Positions 36,706 to 50,483 of a DNA stretch of 60,667 nucleotides are shown here, in pieces. The translations under genes and the position numbers were made by a program. Numbering within the stretch: position 1 is the stretch's first letter; every line of letters begins with the position of its first letter. The stretch comes from Gracilinanus agilis. Lineage: Eukaryota. The stretch is from assembly GCF_016433145.1 (NCBI RefSeq), contig NC_058133.1, positions 456,890,928-456,951,594 on the forward strand, in the 5' to 3' direction. The notes under the pieces are model-generated. The model had not been told where the DNA came from and ran no database searches. It was given only the letters and a program-made list of their open reading frames with translations.

Positions 36706-39156
36706 ATTAATTGTTTTACTCTCTCCTAGGCACTTTTTCTTAGGAGAGTACTTCCTATATGCCAATTTTTTGCCTCCTGTTATTTACTAGTTTGCGTTAT
36801 TAATTCTCTTGTGTGTGCTTGTATTTATTTTTTCACTTAGATTATAAACTCCTTTAGGTTAGCAAATATGTCTTCCTCATCTTTTTATTCCTCCAATAGA
36901 CTTACCACAGTGCCTTGCACACAGAACAAGCTTTTAATAAACATTGATTGTTCCAAGATACTGGGGACTTATCAGATTCAGAAATGGAAAAGCACCTATA
37001 TAATGTCTAGCCAGTGGAGTATTCTATCAGTGCAATGAGGAATGTCGAGCATAGGAAGGCTGCTGCTACCCAAATGCTTTGGAATAATTAAAGGAATTAT
37101 CCATGATTAGCAGAAGACCTGGGCACAGTGAGAACTGCACATTTAGGGCAAGAAAATCACGTTGGGTGAATCAGGCAGTGCTTGCAGGGAAAGAAATGAT
37201 AGAGATTGGGAGATGTAGGATGGTGGTACTCATGTAGTAGTAGTGTTGGATATCCTTCCTATCTTCATTGCAGTACGTATGTTAGAGTAGGACAGTTGGG
37301 AGAAAGGGGGGATGGCTAATGGAGGGAATGGTCCTGCATTTTTGATTCAGAGTAGATCCAGGGCATTGGCTCCTCAGAAATTATCACAACAGCATCTCCC
37401 AGTAGGGTTATGAATACAAAGATGACAATGAACTCCACTTCAGTGACTATGCCGATTTTTTTTCAAAGTATCTAGGTGTTTTATTCCATCTGATTTTTTA
37501 AAAATAGTAATCTTCTGATATTTTAATCAGCTGTCTTTAAAAATAACAGGTGTTCCAGGACCTGTTTTAGTCATTTTGTTTAGCATGAAAAAACATGGCA
37601 TTCTTTTTTGCATCTCTTTGCAAATGTGTGATTTTTTTTCAATTCAAGGGCGACTCAGAATTATAACACAAATAAAATTTATCTAAACGCAGTTCTGAAA
37701 CTTTTACTTCAGAAACTGAAACAGATGAAGACTTGCCTTGTAAATCCTACATTGTTTATGTTCATCAATACATACTGTAGAATTATCACTTTCTTTGCGT
37801 AGAGATATTCTTGCGTATACTAGCTACAATGGATTTTTTTATGAGGAGGTATTGCTATCTTTTTCTTGGTCTCTGGTTCTATGACCTAATCATCATGAAG
37901 AATTAAGTGAACAAATGCCCTTTCTTCATGAAGACCACCAAACTGCTCTGCCTTTTATATTCTTACTGAATTGCTTATTGTTGGAAATGGGGCAAAGAAG
38001 TTAAGCCACCTGCCCACAGGTCACTCAGCCTGGGAGTGTCAGGAGCTGGGATATGAACACAGGTCTCCAGAACCTTGAGGGCACCACTCCTTCCGCTACA
38101 CCAGTTTCTTCTCCATTCTATATATATGCCCAAATGGACTAGAAGAAACTTAGACCAATAAGGGGTGTTAGAGGCCACTTTGTCCAACCTTCTGCTTAAT
38201 ACATAAATCTGTTCTGCAAGATCACTGACAGGTAGATGGTCATCCAAGCACCATTAGTTGACCATTACCGACTTCTAATCTTTAACATTCTATAAATTCA
38301 GATGTCAAATGATGTCATGAAATAAATGTCACTGGCTTGATTTGCCAGTCTAGTAAACCTTACAAAAATAGGAAATGACATTATGTTGAAAAATCTTTTC
38401 TTAGCAGCTCTATGAAGACACCTAGTTATCACTGCTTTTTTTTTTCTGAAAGTGTACGTAGTGTTGCAAATATTGCTTTAAAAATATCTTTTTCAGCCTC
38501 ATTAGCATTTCTTTTTTTCAAGCCTCAATTAATTTGGAACATTAACATTCTGGACACTATTCTGAAAAGTTTGTGCCTTCTTTTGCATTTATTTATTCTG
38601 AGGTATGAGGTCTGTCTAGCACAGTGTCTGGAACACAATAGATGTTTACTAAATAGTGACTGATTGATTCTATCTTTTTTACAAGATTTTTTAAATCTTA
38701 GTTCATCAGTCACCTCCCCAAGTGTCTACACTAGCTTTTTAGACTCTTCCTTTTCACTCACTGAGATAACACACAATTATACTGTCAGATTTTTTTTTTT
38801 TGAATTGTTCAACTGGATCTTCTCTGATGCTTTTTGAAATCTGCTTTTCTAAATCTAGGGTACACATCTGGTATTTGAGCATGTTCATTGTTCCTTTGCT
38901 TGGCAGTTATGAAACTTGTGGTTATACATGGGATGCACATATACATATACATATACACAGACAGCCTTTGACAGCATAATGGGAAGCTCATGAGTGCGCA
39001 CACACACACATGGCACTGTCCCCTGTATATGAAGACATGATTAGAGGTTATAAATGAAAATATTTATATCATTATACTCCTTTCCAAAAAGGCCATATCC
39101 TAATTTATAGTACTTTCACAAGATATGTAGATATAGATATATTTTTAAATACTTAC

Positions 39157-39191
39157 CACGGCTGGCAAGAGTAGTCTACTGGTTTGGGTAC
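39157..39191 (-). CDS. VAV3: VAV3 coding exon (exon 22 equivalent), 35 nt: VPKPVDYSCQP(W)
   Basis: Acceptor tttttatatcctag|GTA, donor CCGTG|gtaagt. Phase 0-2 joins the next exon to make Trp. Confidence 0.97.
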
Positions 39192-39822
39192 CTAGGATAT
39201 AAAAAGAAAAAATACAGTAAAGTTACTAAAGGTAAATATTTGAACACAGATGATTAATTCACTTTTATAAATCCTAGATCCAATATCATAGGAGCTTAAG
39301 GAGTTCAGTCTTGGAAATACTCTTTGGAACTTAAAAGAAAGCAACACTAAAAGAAATGAGAATTTAGATCAATGCAATGACCAATCTGGATGCTAGAAAA
39401 TTAAAAATGAAATAAATTAGGGTAGTGGGCAACAGGTATGGAAAGAGATATATGCTATCAGAAGTAGCTGATAATGTGCATTGCTTTTGCTCGTCTGTCC
39501 TTTACTTTTTGTTCAGCAGCTACAGAATCTCTGGGATTTACATCTGATTCCAGTTTGGGAAGAAAGGTAGGAAAATGATCTGTCATCTGACTGGAAGACA
39601 AGGGTTCTGATGATTCAGTTGTGGCAGGAGTTTTAGAACTCTTGAGAATGAAAGGAAGAGGAAATGGTCATCCTATGATAGTAAAGGTCATGGCATGCGT
39701 TGGTGTTTTCCATGTCTGCAGTTCTCTTCTTCAAAACTAGTAGGGATGCCTCCTAATTAAACAGACAAGCTAAGAGAAATGTGACTAAGGATTTTATTGC
39801 TGTTGCTAGTTTCAATAGCCAT

Positions 39823-40060
39823 GGAACAGCTAGATGGACAGTGCACAGGGCATTGAATCTAGTCAGGAACTCATCTTCTTGAATTCAAATATGACCTCAG
39901 ACACTTCCTAGCTATGAGAGCAAATCCCTTAACCCTATTTGCCTCAGTTTCTTCATTTGTAAAAAGAGCTGTTGAAGGATATGGAAAATATTCAAATATT
40001 TCTGCCAAGAAAGCCCCAAAATAGGGCTACAAAGATATGAATACAACTGAAAAATAACTG
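39823..40060 (+). mobile_element. MAR1
   Basis: ctcatcttcttgaattcaaatatgacctcagacact...tgccaagaaagccccaaa. Confidence 0.8.
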
Positions 40061-42256
40061 CACTGAACATAGCTTCCTTAGCAGGATGGATGGTTTACTT
40101 GTCTTTTTGCAGTATGAGAGTGCTACAATGGATGCTACATGGAAGAGGGAGATCTTTCTGGGCACAGAACTGGGACCTCAACCCTTAGCTGATTGCTAGA
40201 TAGTTGTGCTCTTCACTGAGGGCATCCTAGGAACCACTGCATGACTATATTTCTAAGTGAAGACTTACTTTACATGTGGCTATATTTTATAAACTTGTCT
40301 TATAGGCAATAAAATAAAATAAAAGGGATAAGTTATATGGGGGAATAACAGAAACAACAATAATAATAACAGCTAGCATTTTTGTAGTTCTTTAAGGTTT
40401 ACAAAGTGCTTCATATTACCTCTTTTAATCCTTACAAGAACCCCTAGAGAGAGTTGCTTTTATTATCCCCATTTTTCAGAGAGGGAAACTGAGGCTTAGA
40501 GAGATTCATTAACTTGCCCAAAGCCAAAAAAAGTTAGTGTGTATCTAAATAACTCAGGTCTTTCTGACTCCAAATACAGTATTCTAACAATTGTATCACC
40601 TAACTGTTTCATAGTAATGAAGATTTTAACAAAAGAAAGAATAAAAGCCTCAATAGTACTTGAAAGATTTAGTATATGCTATCATTTTCTCCCAAAAGGA
40701 ATTATAATATAGGATGGGTAAGTAGGACTTAATTTGTTTGGCTACTAGTGTAGCGCTAAGAGCTGAGGGGTTAGGTCAAATGTGTAGGTTGCTGAAATTT
40801 ATGTAGTTATTCACATGACTATTTTGAATCTACCCAGAAAAAAGATGAATTATTAATAAGTACCAAATATTCTCTTCATCTCAATGGACAGAGATAATAA
40901 TTGTTTATCACCATTACTAAAGCAAATTCCAAACTTTGGTTTAAGAGTCTGACAGGGCCAGAATGCTAGACAAATATTTCATTTTCTCTGCTTTACTATG
41001 TGAATCTCAAAGAGAAAATCCTCAAAATACTCTTTTCTGTAAATAGATCAGATATTCCAAGTGTCTAATTAAAGTCATCAAAAAACCCACTGATGGACAG
41101 AAAGCCATACTGCTTTCTGACTGCTGACATAGACTCCATGCTGCAGAGAGGAGGTGGGGGAAGGTTTAAAAATACCTAAGAAAAGACTGGGATACAGAAA
41201 AGCTATTCTCATGATTCAGCAATTTTTCATTCATTCCTAAAGTCTCTTTAGATATGCATTGTATGCTGTTCCTAGGCATTCTGAATACTAAGTAGTTGTG
41301 AAGCTTGTTATACTTAATAATAATAGTTAAAGTTATAGCACTTTGAAAATCGGATCGATGTTACCATGTCTTTGGCCCAATCATTTGTCATGATAGGACA
41401 TTTATATTTTGCCCTTCGAGGTTAAGAGTTGTGCAGAATCAATTTATCTCTCTAGTCAAAATATCCCTCTGGTTATTAACGTTAAAATTGGTCTGCATTG
41501 TATACATCATTCATTTTTATTTTACTATGTGCCCAATATAATTCACGATTTTGGTTTTAGCAAATATCTACATATATGTTAATGTATTCAAAGCAGATAA
41601 AAAAACACCAAATAGTCTAACTTCAAATTCTAATTGTAGCCATCTTATACTAAATTTATTTCAGAAATACAAAATAATCTATGCCATTATTTTTCATACT
41701 AGTATTAATAATGATAGCTATATTCATAACCTATAAAGCACCTTACAAATGTAGGCTATTAGATTTTCACTATTATTATTCATAAATGTAGACTATTATA
41801 ATCATGGCCTCCCTTTAGGTAGTGCTTTATAATTTACATATATTATCCCATTTGGTCCTCGAAAAAGAATCTATAAGGTAGTTAGAGTGAAAGGGATAAG
41901 TACTAGGCTTGTGATATATTTCATTTGTTTGAGGAACTCTTGATACAGCAGCTTTCTTTACCCAAGATTTGTACCTTTTCTGCCACATACAATACTGCTG
42001 CAAGGCATGGTTAGTGCTAAGGAGGAATCCCCCCAGACGGTTTTCTATATTTGAATTCCTACTATTAGTCAAAAAGCTAGTAAGTGTCTGAAGCAAGATT
42101 TCAACTTGGGTCTTTCAGACCCTAAATCCAGTATTCTAACAGTTGCATCACTTAACTGTTTCATGATAATGAAGATTTTTTTAAAGGGGAAAAAAACCAT
42201 CAATAATATATGAAAAATTTGGTATCTGTTATTCTCACCCAAAGAGAATTATAATA

Positions 42257-42493
42257 TTGTTCAATCATTTCAATCATGTCTGACTCTTCATGACCCCATT
42301 TGGGGTTTTCTTGGCAAAGATACTGGAGTGGTTTGCCATTTCTTTCTTCAGCTCATTTTACAGGTGAGGAAACTGAGGTAACCAAGGTTAAGTGACTTGC
42401 CCATCTACTTAACATCTGACACCAGATCTGAACTCATGAAATGAGTCTTCATGACTCCAAGCCTGTAGCTCTATCCACTGTACCACCTACCTG
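42257..42493 (-). mobile_element. MAR1
   Basis: gtctgactcttcatgaccccatttggggttttcttggcaaagatactggagtggtttgccatt. Confidence 0.88.
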
Positions 42494-42929
42494 TTGTCAT
42501 TATGTAAAATATGGCCATTGGTTCCAGCCTACTGGAAACAAGTAGTGTGAATTCCAATAATGTGACCACTTTATAGAGTTTGTAATTCACAGACCAAGAG
42601 AATTTCCCAGGACACCGAAAAGTTAAGTAACCTGCCCGGAATCACACAATCAGTATTTGTGAGAAACGGGACTGGAATCTAAGCCTTTATAACTATCCAA
42701 CCAACTGTGGCATGTTGCCTTCTAAGATAATACAGTTTTTATTATCTTTATTTCATAGATGAACAAACAGATTCTCTGTCCAAGGTCATAACATTTACAA
42801 ATTTCTAAAATCATGATGTTCTGGAGATGCAACAAAAGCAAAGCACTCCATAAACTCGAGGCTTTACATCACATTGAAGGTATACCACATTTATTCAAAT
42901 ACATTGAAAACCTGGAAATAAATTAAAAA

Positions 42930-44460
42930 TTGTTTCAAGAGGGAAAAACTATCAATGCTATTTTTAAAAAAGTGCTGGAAAATGCTAAGTATAAAAATAA
43001 GAAAAAGAACCAAGGAATAAACATAGGCAAAGAGAGAACAAAATTATTATTTTTCATTGTTTTGTTTGTTTTGAGTTTTTTGCAAATAATATCCAGAAAA
43101 CTCTCATTAACATTCATTTTAGAAATCATAAAATTCAGCAGTTAAAAAATATAAAATATGTTCATATTCATTTTTAGCATCCTGTATATTTCCAACAAAA
43201 TCCAGAAAGAGAAATATCATTCAATATAAGTATGATGTATAAAATATTTTGAAGTCCATCTACCAAGACACACCCAACAACAATATGAATACCATTATAA
43301 AATATTCTTTACATAAGGATAAACCCCCAAAATTTGAATTTTAATTGCTCATGGCTTAGCCATACAAATATAATAAAAATAACTAATTTACTTATTCAAT
43401 AACATATTATTTAAGCAACAAAGAATTACTTTATTAAACCAAGTAAAAATGATAAGAATAAAATTCATCTGGGCCAAACAAAGTTCAATTTCAAAAGAGA
43501 TAATGGGGTGGGGTGGTGAGTGGGAAAGAAGTGAGTCTAGCATGACCACATATCAAACTATACTACAAAGCAGTAACCTTCAATTGGTTACAAAGTAGAG
43601 AAGTCAATCATTGGAATAGATGAGGTTCACAGCATACAAAAGTAAATGAATTCAATAGAATCCAATGGGTAAACCAAAAGACCTCAGCTGCTAGGAGAGG
43701 GGCTCACTATTTGACAAAAATTGTGAGGAAAGTAGAAAAGCAGAAATTAGGTATAAACAAAACATCTCACTCAATATATAAAGAAAACTTGCAAACAGAG
43801 ATATGGTTTAGATTTTGAAAATGGTATAGGAAGCAAATTAGAAGTTTAAGAAAAGTTACCTGTCAGATCCTTGGATAACAGAAGAGTTCATGCCCAAATA
43901 TGGGCTAGAGAAAATTACACAAAATAAAATGGCTAATTTTGATTACATAATTTTTAAAGGTACAAACAAAACCAATATAGTTAAAATTAAAAGGGAAGCA
44001 AGTAACTGAAGAAAAAAATCTTCAAAGGGAGTTTTTTTTCCTGGTAAAATTCTACTCAAATGATATAAAGAACTGGTTTAAATTTATAAGAATAAGCTAT
44101 TCAGTGATCAAATGATGGGAATAAGCAGTTTTCGAAGGAAGAAATCCATCTGTGAACAGCAATCATAGGGGAAAAATGTTCCAAAACACTAATAGTTAAA
44201 GAAATATAAACAGAACATTTCTTTTGTCACCCACTGAGTTTATCTCACATCTCTCAGACTGGATGACAAAAAAGGAAAATGACAAAATGTTTTACACATA
44301 TGTATGTTTGTATATGATAGCTGATGAGAGAATTTGTTTCACTTAATTATGCATATTTGATAAGAGGGTTTTTTTGTTATTGTTTGACGAGAGAAGGGTA
44401 AGAAAATAAATGCTTAATGGGCAAAAAAATGTTTTTAAGCCACCTATAAAAATAACAAAA
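42930..44460 (+). mobile_element. Old L1 ORF2 3' half plus 3' UTR, heavily degraded
   Basis: aacataggcaaagagagaacaaaattatt, aaaattcatctgg, catatcaaactatactacaaagcagtaa, aaatggctaattttgattacata, cactaatagttaaagaaat. Confidence 0.88.
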
Positions 44461-46320
44461 GAAAGAGTGATTGGGGGCATGTGGGTGGGCTCAGAAATCA
44501 CTTAAATCGGAAGAAATGAATTGTAGTACAAAATGATGTCTCTTATTTTTAAAAGAATCCCACTGTTTGTGATTCAAATCTATTTTCTTCTAATCACTAA
44601 ATTGGTGCCCAAATCCTTAACAGAATCCTTAATTTTTAAAGGTCTGGCCCCCCAAATTATCTCCTGCCTCACTTCTAAGAGAAAATCATGGATGGTGGTC
44701 TCAAGACAACTCAGAGTTTTCCAGGAAATTACAGTAGCTGCTCTTTAAGGAAAATCAAAAGGACAATGGTGCTCATTAACACCTAAATAATATTTGCAAA
44801 AGATTATCTCATTTGATCCTCCCAGGCTCATTATAAGTTAGGCATTGTATGTTTTATTACAGATAAAAAAGAGGCACCCAGAAGTCCAATGTTTTGAGGG
44901 TAGTCAACCAGCCTGTAGCATAAATAGGGCAGGGATTCATAGCTGGGCATCTCCTGTCTTGAAATCCAGAAATCTGCCCAGCACACCCTGATTCCTCTCA
45001 TTGATGAGCATTCCAAGGAGAACTCCCAGGACCTCATGCCTGAATGGCCAAAGGGACCACAAAGCAGTGGCATACCTCCCAGGTTCTCTCTATCTGAGAC
45101 CCATTTGGTTCTCCTAAGCCTTTTCTCTGGCCCATGAATCAGCTATTATAATTAAAAATTCCTAAACTGTACAATGCCTAGAATTCACCCAGTTTATATT
45201 TTCCCAAAGCAGTCAATATAAAATGAATGGCCATATATTAACTCATAAGTATGAATGAAAAGATAATGTTCTCTAATGAATCTCTCTTTGTATCTCTCTT
45301 TGTACATAACCTAGACTTATTTTTTTCATTGAACCTTTTGTTTTATTCATATAAGGAAAAAAAATACTTTCTTGTGTCATATCATTAGACACAAGAACCT
45401 TCTCTGTAATTTATAGTCTTAGAAACTTGTCTGAGGCATCATGAGTTAAGTGACTTGTACAGTCATGCAACCAGCTTGTGAGAGAGATGAATCCAAACCC
45501 AGATCTTGCTTATAAAGCATCTTTAGAACATGCTTTCTCTCTGTCACAAATGTCACAAAAACAAAACAAAGTCCACACTCACTATCATTCTGTAGACTTG
45601 AGATATTCTCTCTTACCCTGGTTAGCAAAATCATAGCTTACATAGAGCCTGTTGGCAATTCTACCACCTAGGATTATTTAAAATTAATTTAGTCCCATGC
45701 TGAACTTTTACATTGTCTCTTTAAAGCTGTTGATAAGAGAAAACAGGTAGAAAAAAATTGACATGTTCTCCATTTGGGTTTACAGTGTTCTGGAATGTAT
45801 CCCCAAGGTTAGTGGAGATGGTCTTCTTAGCCATGTGTCTATATATATATATAAATGTTTGACTCACAGGATTCAGGGAAAGGGATTTTGATCCTACTTA
45901 GGTACGACAAAAATAAAAGGTTAAAATAATTAGCTTTGAACATAGAACTGTATTTCCATCAGTGATGCGGATCCAAACATTGACAACTGTACACTCCAAC
46001 TAAATTTTTAGAACATTGTAATTTATATTGAACAGGGAATGTCCCAGAATAGTGATAAGGAAGTACACTCCTCCCCTTTCATGGTACATATAAGTGGGAA
46101 ACAATAGGAATGGTATAGAATGTTTCATAGCATCCATCTCTGTTTCTTCCATAAAACTGATTTTTTTCCCTTAAGTTAATTTGGATAAGGATGGTTGTTC
46201 AGCTTTTAGAAAGTTTCAGTGTTGTTTTTTAAGTTATTATTTTCTTCTTTTTTATAAGGGAAAGGCAAGTTAAAGTTGTTGGGGTTTTTTTATTTTTTTC
46301 TTCTTTTTTATAGGGGAAAG

Positions 46321-46632
46321 GCAAGGCTGGTGCCACACTGTTATAATCTCTGCTACTGCAGAAGGTTGAAGATGGTAGATCCCTTTAATTTGGGACTTTG
46401 AAACTTCAATAGGGCTAAAACGAATTGGGTGTCTGCACTAAGACTAGCATTAACATGGCGAGCCACCTAGACTCCAATATGGTGGCCCCACACATTCTGG
46501 AACCGTCAGGAACACAGGGCCCCCAGACGGCCAAAAAAGGGACTGGAATTGGCCTTGTCCTTAAAGTGAATGTGAGATAAGTAGACCCAGCCTCAAAACG
46601 AATTAAAAAATGTACAACAACAAAACAAGCAA
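46321..46632 (+). pseudogene. Second degenerate 7SL-derived retrocopy with A-rich tail
   Basis: ggtgccacactgttataatctctgctact...gggtgtctgcactaagactagcattaacatggcga aligns with 7SL ggtggcgcgtgcctgtagtcccagctact...gggtgtccgcactaagttcggcatcaatatggtga. It ends agacccagcctc followed by an A-rich tail. Confidence 0.75.
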
Positions 46633-47520
46633 AAGTATGAGAATGAAGGAGAGAGAGCGATAGTGTAATGTATCCAGAAATAGTCATACAAAAACAAAAC
46701 CCTTAATAAAAGTTAAATTAAAAAAATATTACAATGTTAGTGTCCAGAAGACTTTAAGCCTATTAACGGGAGGTCATAGTAATCAATTCCAATATAATAG
46801 CTTGTAAGCCTGGAAAGATGGTGGCATTTTTGAAGAAGTTTAATTTAATTGGAAATAATAGCATCCATCTCTGTTTCCTCTATAAAGTTGAATTTTTCCT
46901 TAACTTCATTTGGATAAGTACTGCTGTTCATTAATTTCTACTGGTAGCATCATACTGCAGTTAATGTTTTGAGAACATTTTACTGTGCTTTTGAAGAAAA
47001 CAATAATAAGATGTTAATGTACACAGAAAAATATATTTAGAGATTTGGTTGAAGAATTCGTGTATTTGATACTACTTTTTAAAAAGCATACTATTTATAG
47101 TGTAATATCTCTGTATAACCAAAAGTGACTGGGGGAAGGGAGGGAATAGATTAAAATCAAACCATTCTCACCTCACTGGAGAAAACCACAATTTGTACAA
47201 TGCATTTATACCGTAAAGCTTTGGCTTATTTCTTTAAAAAGAAAAGCTCTCTGGACAATCTAATTTCATAAATTCCCTGAAGTTAAATTTGCTTCCTGTG
47301 AATATTTCCTTAACAGTTTAAAATTTCAATCTGCTAATGGAAGCATATCACTGTTGCAATTTTAAATAACATTGGACATAACATTCAAATGCAAAGAACA
47401 AAGAAATAATATGATTCCCAGAAGGCATGATTAATAAAATTTCTGGTGAAGCTGACCAATTTCCCCTGAATGTTCTTGAACAAACAATAACATTGAAAAA
47501 AATTAAATATATATACTTAC

Positions 47521-47586
47521 ACATGGATAAGGCTTAACTGCTTCACTAGGAAAGAAGCCAATCTCCCCTGATGCTAAGTTCCGTCC
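47521..47586 (-). CDS. VAV3: VAV3 coding exon (human exon 21 equivalent), 66 nt, end of N-terminal SH3: GRNLASGEIGFFPSEAVKPYPC
   Basis: Minus-strand translation matches VAV3 GRNLASGEVGFFPSDAVKPCPC. Acceptor atag|GGA, donor TGT|gtaagt, phase 0-0. Confidence 0.97.
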
Positions 47587-49281
47587 CTATAAATAGAGGG
47601 AAAAGTGTCAGGGTTAAGAATAACAATTACTCAAAGGATAATACCAAAGCACTTTCTATTTAATCAACAACTGTTAACACAGAGCATCAAACTCTTTATA
47701 AGTAATATCTTATAGTAAGCATTCCAATAATAATAACAATAATAATGGTTACCATTTATATGACACTTCCAGATTTATGAAGCCATTGTCTACATTAAAT
47801 CTCATGTCCCTCACAATAATCCTATGAGGTAATACTCATGATATCACCCCCATTTGACAGAAAAGGAAAATGAGGCTGAGAAAAGTTCAGTGACCTTCTC
47901 AGGGTCACAAAGCTAGTAAGTAGATGAAACAAGACTGAAATCCAGGTTTTCCTCACTCTAAGCCTAGGGCTCTCTCTACACTATATAAAGCCATCTAACC
48001 TTACTCTCATCTTGGTTTGGGAGAGACAGTTGTTGCAAAAAGAGAGTATTAAATGGTTCTCACAGTTGCCCAAAGGCATGACCATCATTCAAGAACTCAT
48101 CTGATTTTCAATCCAACCCTCAATGCCTTGGACATTCTGCCATTCAATTTCAAAGACAGACTTTAATATTTTATTGAGTGTTGTTATTATTTTTTTTAAT
48201 CTGGACCAGTGACGTGTTGAGATTACTTTAACAACTTGCCCGGAATTTATATTTTTGAAGAGTTTCCAGGAATTTTGAGAGTGGCATGGTCATGTTCACG
48301 CAGCACTGTGTAGAGATGGGATTTACTAACTCCAGTACAATCCTTTGATTCATTAATCTATACTGTCTCTGCTAATATTTTATTCTCATTAATAAATCAC
48401 TGGAAAAGTATGGTTGACTTTAGAGTATGACCATCACTAACTGGGAACTCATAGTCAAGGGACCTTCGCCAACGGTCCATATCCGGAGACCTCCAACATG
48501 AATAATGTCATTATTTCACCAGACACAACCTTCAGCCCTGTACTTGCTGGACATTTTTATCAATAATCCAGATGATCTGGAAAGAGCTTCCATTTCCAAG
48601 TGGCAATCATAGAGGAAGAAAAGATAAAGGAGGGGCTGGATAGGATAGGAATAACATTTTAACTGACATTGAGAGAAATAATGAGAAGGCAATAGAATAA
48701 ATCCAGCCCAATTACAAGACAAGAGAAAAAATATTTAATTGTCCTAGAGGAACATAAATAGCACCTTTTCCTTCTCCTAAATGTACCTACCATATAGCAT
48801 CTTGTTTATTTCTTTTGTTTGTTTTTTGGGATAATGCATGTTTTGTTTTTTATATTTTTTCTAGATTACATGTTGATCCAATTTCAATAATCATTTTCTC
48901 ATATTTTACAATCCATGGGCTCTTCCTTCCTCCCTCCTCCTCTTTCCTCCTCCTCCTCAAGATGGCAGGTACTATAATATAGTTTGTATTTCTGCCTATT
49001 TCATATGTATGAAGTGTATTTCCTACTCACATGTCCATCTCAAATGCTACCTACTCTAGGAAGAAAGCCTCCCCTGAAGTCCACAGGCAAAAATGACCTA
49101 TCCCATCCCCCACCTCCTCTCCTAACACTTTTACTTCAACCTTTCTAATGCATTTATCACATTCATTTTTGCATTACAGCAATCTATATGTAGGCGCTGT
49201 CCTTTTTTAATTATAAGCATAATATACACAATACAATCACAATCACAATTCACATTTATATAACATAGTGTTGTTGTTATA

Positions 49282-49547
49282 GCAGCAAGGTAGCACCTTG
49301 GACAGAGTGCAAGCCCTAGACACAAAAGGACCTGAATTCAAATCTTGCCTTAAACACTTCCTAGTGTAAAACCATGAGCAAATCAATTAACCCTGTTTAC
49401 CTTAGTTTCCTCATTGTAAAATGAGCTGAAGAAAGAAATGGCAAAAGACTCTAGTATCTTTGCCAAAACAAAAACAAAACCCCAACAATAACCCAAATGG
49501 GATCACAAAGAGTAGGACACAACTGAAATAACTGAACAACAAAAACA
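49282..49547 (+). mobile_element. MAR1
   Basis: gaagaaagaaatggcaaaagactctagtatctttgccaaa...cacaactgaaataactgaacaac. Confidence 0.85.
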
Positions 49548-50221
49548 AGACACTTAAAGATTTACAAAAAGCACTGTCCTCACAATAATTCTGTGAGGTC
49601 TACAGGACAAAATTATTATTCCCACTTCACAGAGAAGGAAACCAAGACTCAGAGAAGTTAAGTGACTTAAGGTAACACGTCCCATAAAATGCCACAGCTG
49701 GAGCCAGACTTCTAGATTCTGTCAAGTAATTTTCCCGCACTATGCTAGCCTATGTTTTCAAGAAGGAAGGAAATACAGTTTATTCCACTTTGTTTTCTCT
49801 AGCACCAAATGTAGAGCTGTGCACAGACTAGGTGTTTTGAAGGGATTTTGTAGAGTATAATCTTGGATTATACATACATATATAAAATGTTAAAACTTGG
49901 AAATTATGAGAATGATAATCAGCTATTCTCAATCTTTTCATAAAGAACATCTTAAAATAAAAGATTTTACCTGCAACAGGAGAGATTCAATTGAATAGAA
50001 TGAATAATTTTCTGAAGACATTGTGATTAGATATTAAAGAGAGTTAAAGAAAGTAATAAAATCTTTTTAAAAACAGCTTTCAAAGCTCAACAGAGTCAGA
50101 TGGGATTATTTATTTTAGGACTTTAAAGTATGGTGAGGTGAGCTGGGTTTCACTATAAAAATCTTTAAGGGCAAAACTCCTCTGTAGCTTTCTCAACATA
50201 TGAAGCAATATTCTGCACACT

Positions 50222-50483
50222 TTTGTTGTTATTGTTGTTCAGTAATTTTTCAGTTGTTTCCAACTCTTCATGACACCATTCAGGATTTTCTTGGCAAAGG
50301 TACTTGAGTGGTTTTACATTTCCTTCTCTATCTCATTTTATTGATGAGGAAACTGAGGCAAATAAGGTTGTGAGTTTCCTAGGGTCACAAAGCTAATGAA
50401 TGTCCAGACTGGATTTGAACACAAGAAAATGAGCTTTCCTGACTCTAAACATGGCATTCCATCCACTGGCTACCTAGCTGCCC
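50222..50483 (-). mobile_element. MAR1
   Basis: caggattttcttggcaaaggtacttgagtgg...atccactggctacctagctgccc. Confidence 0.85.

Noticed and set aside
46417-46604. Direct repeat aaaacgaatt flanking ~170 bp, as a possible TSD
   Set aside because: The left copy lies inside the 7SL-homologous body, so it cannot be an insertion boundary.
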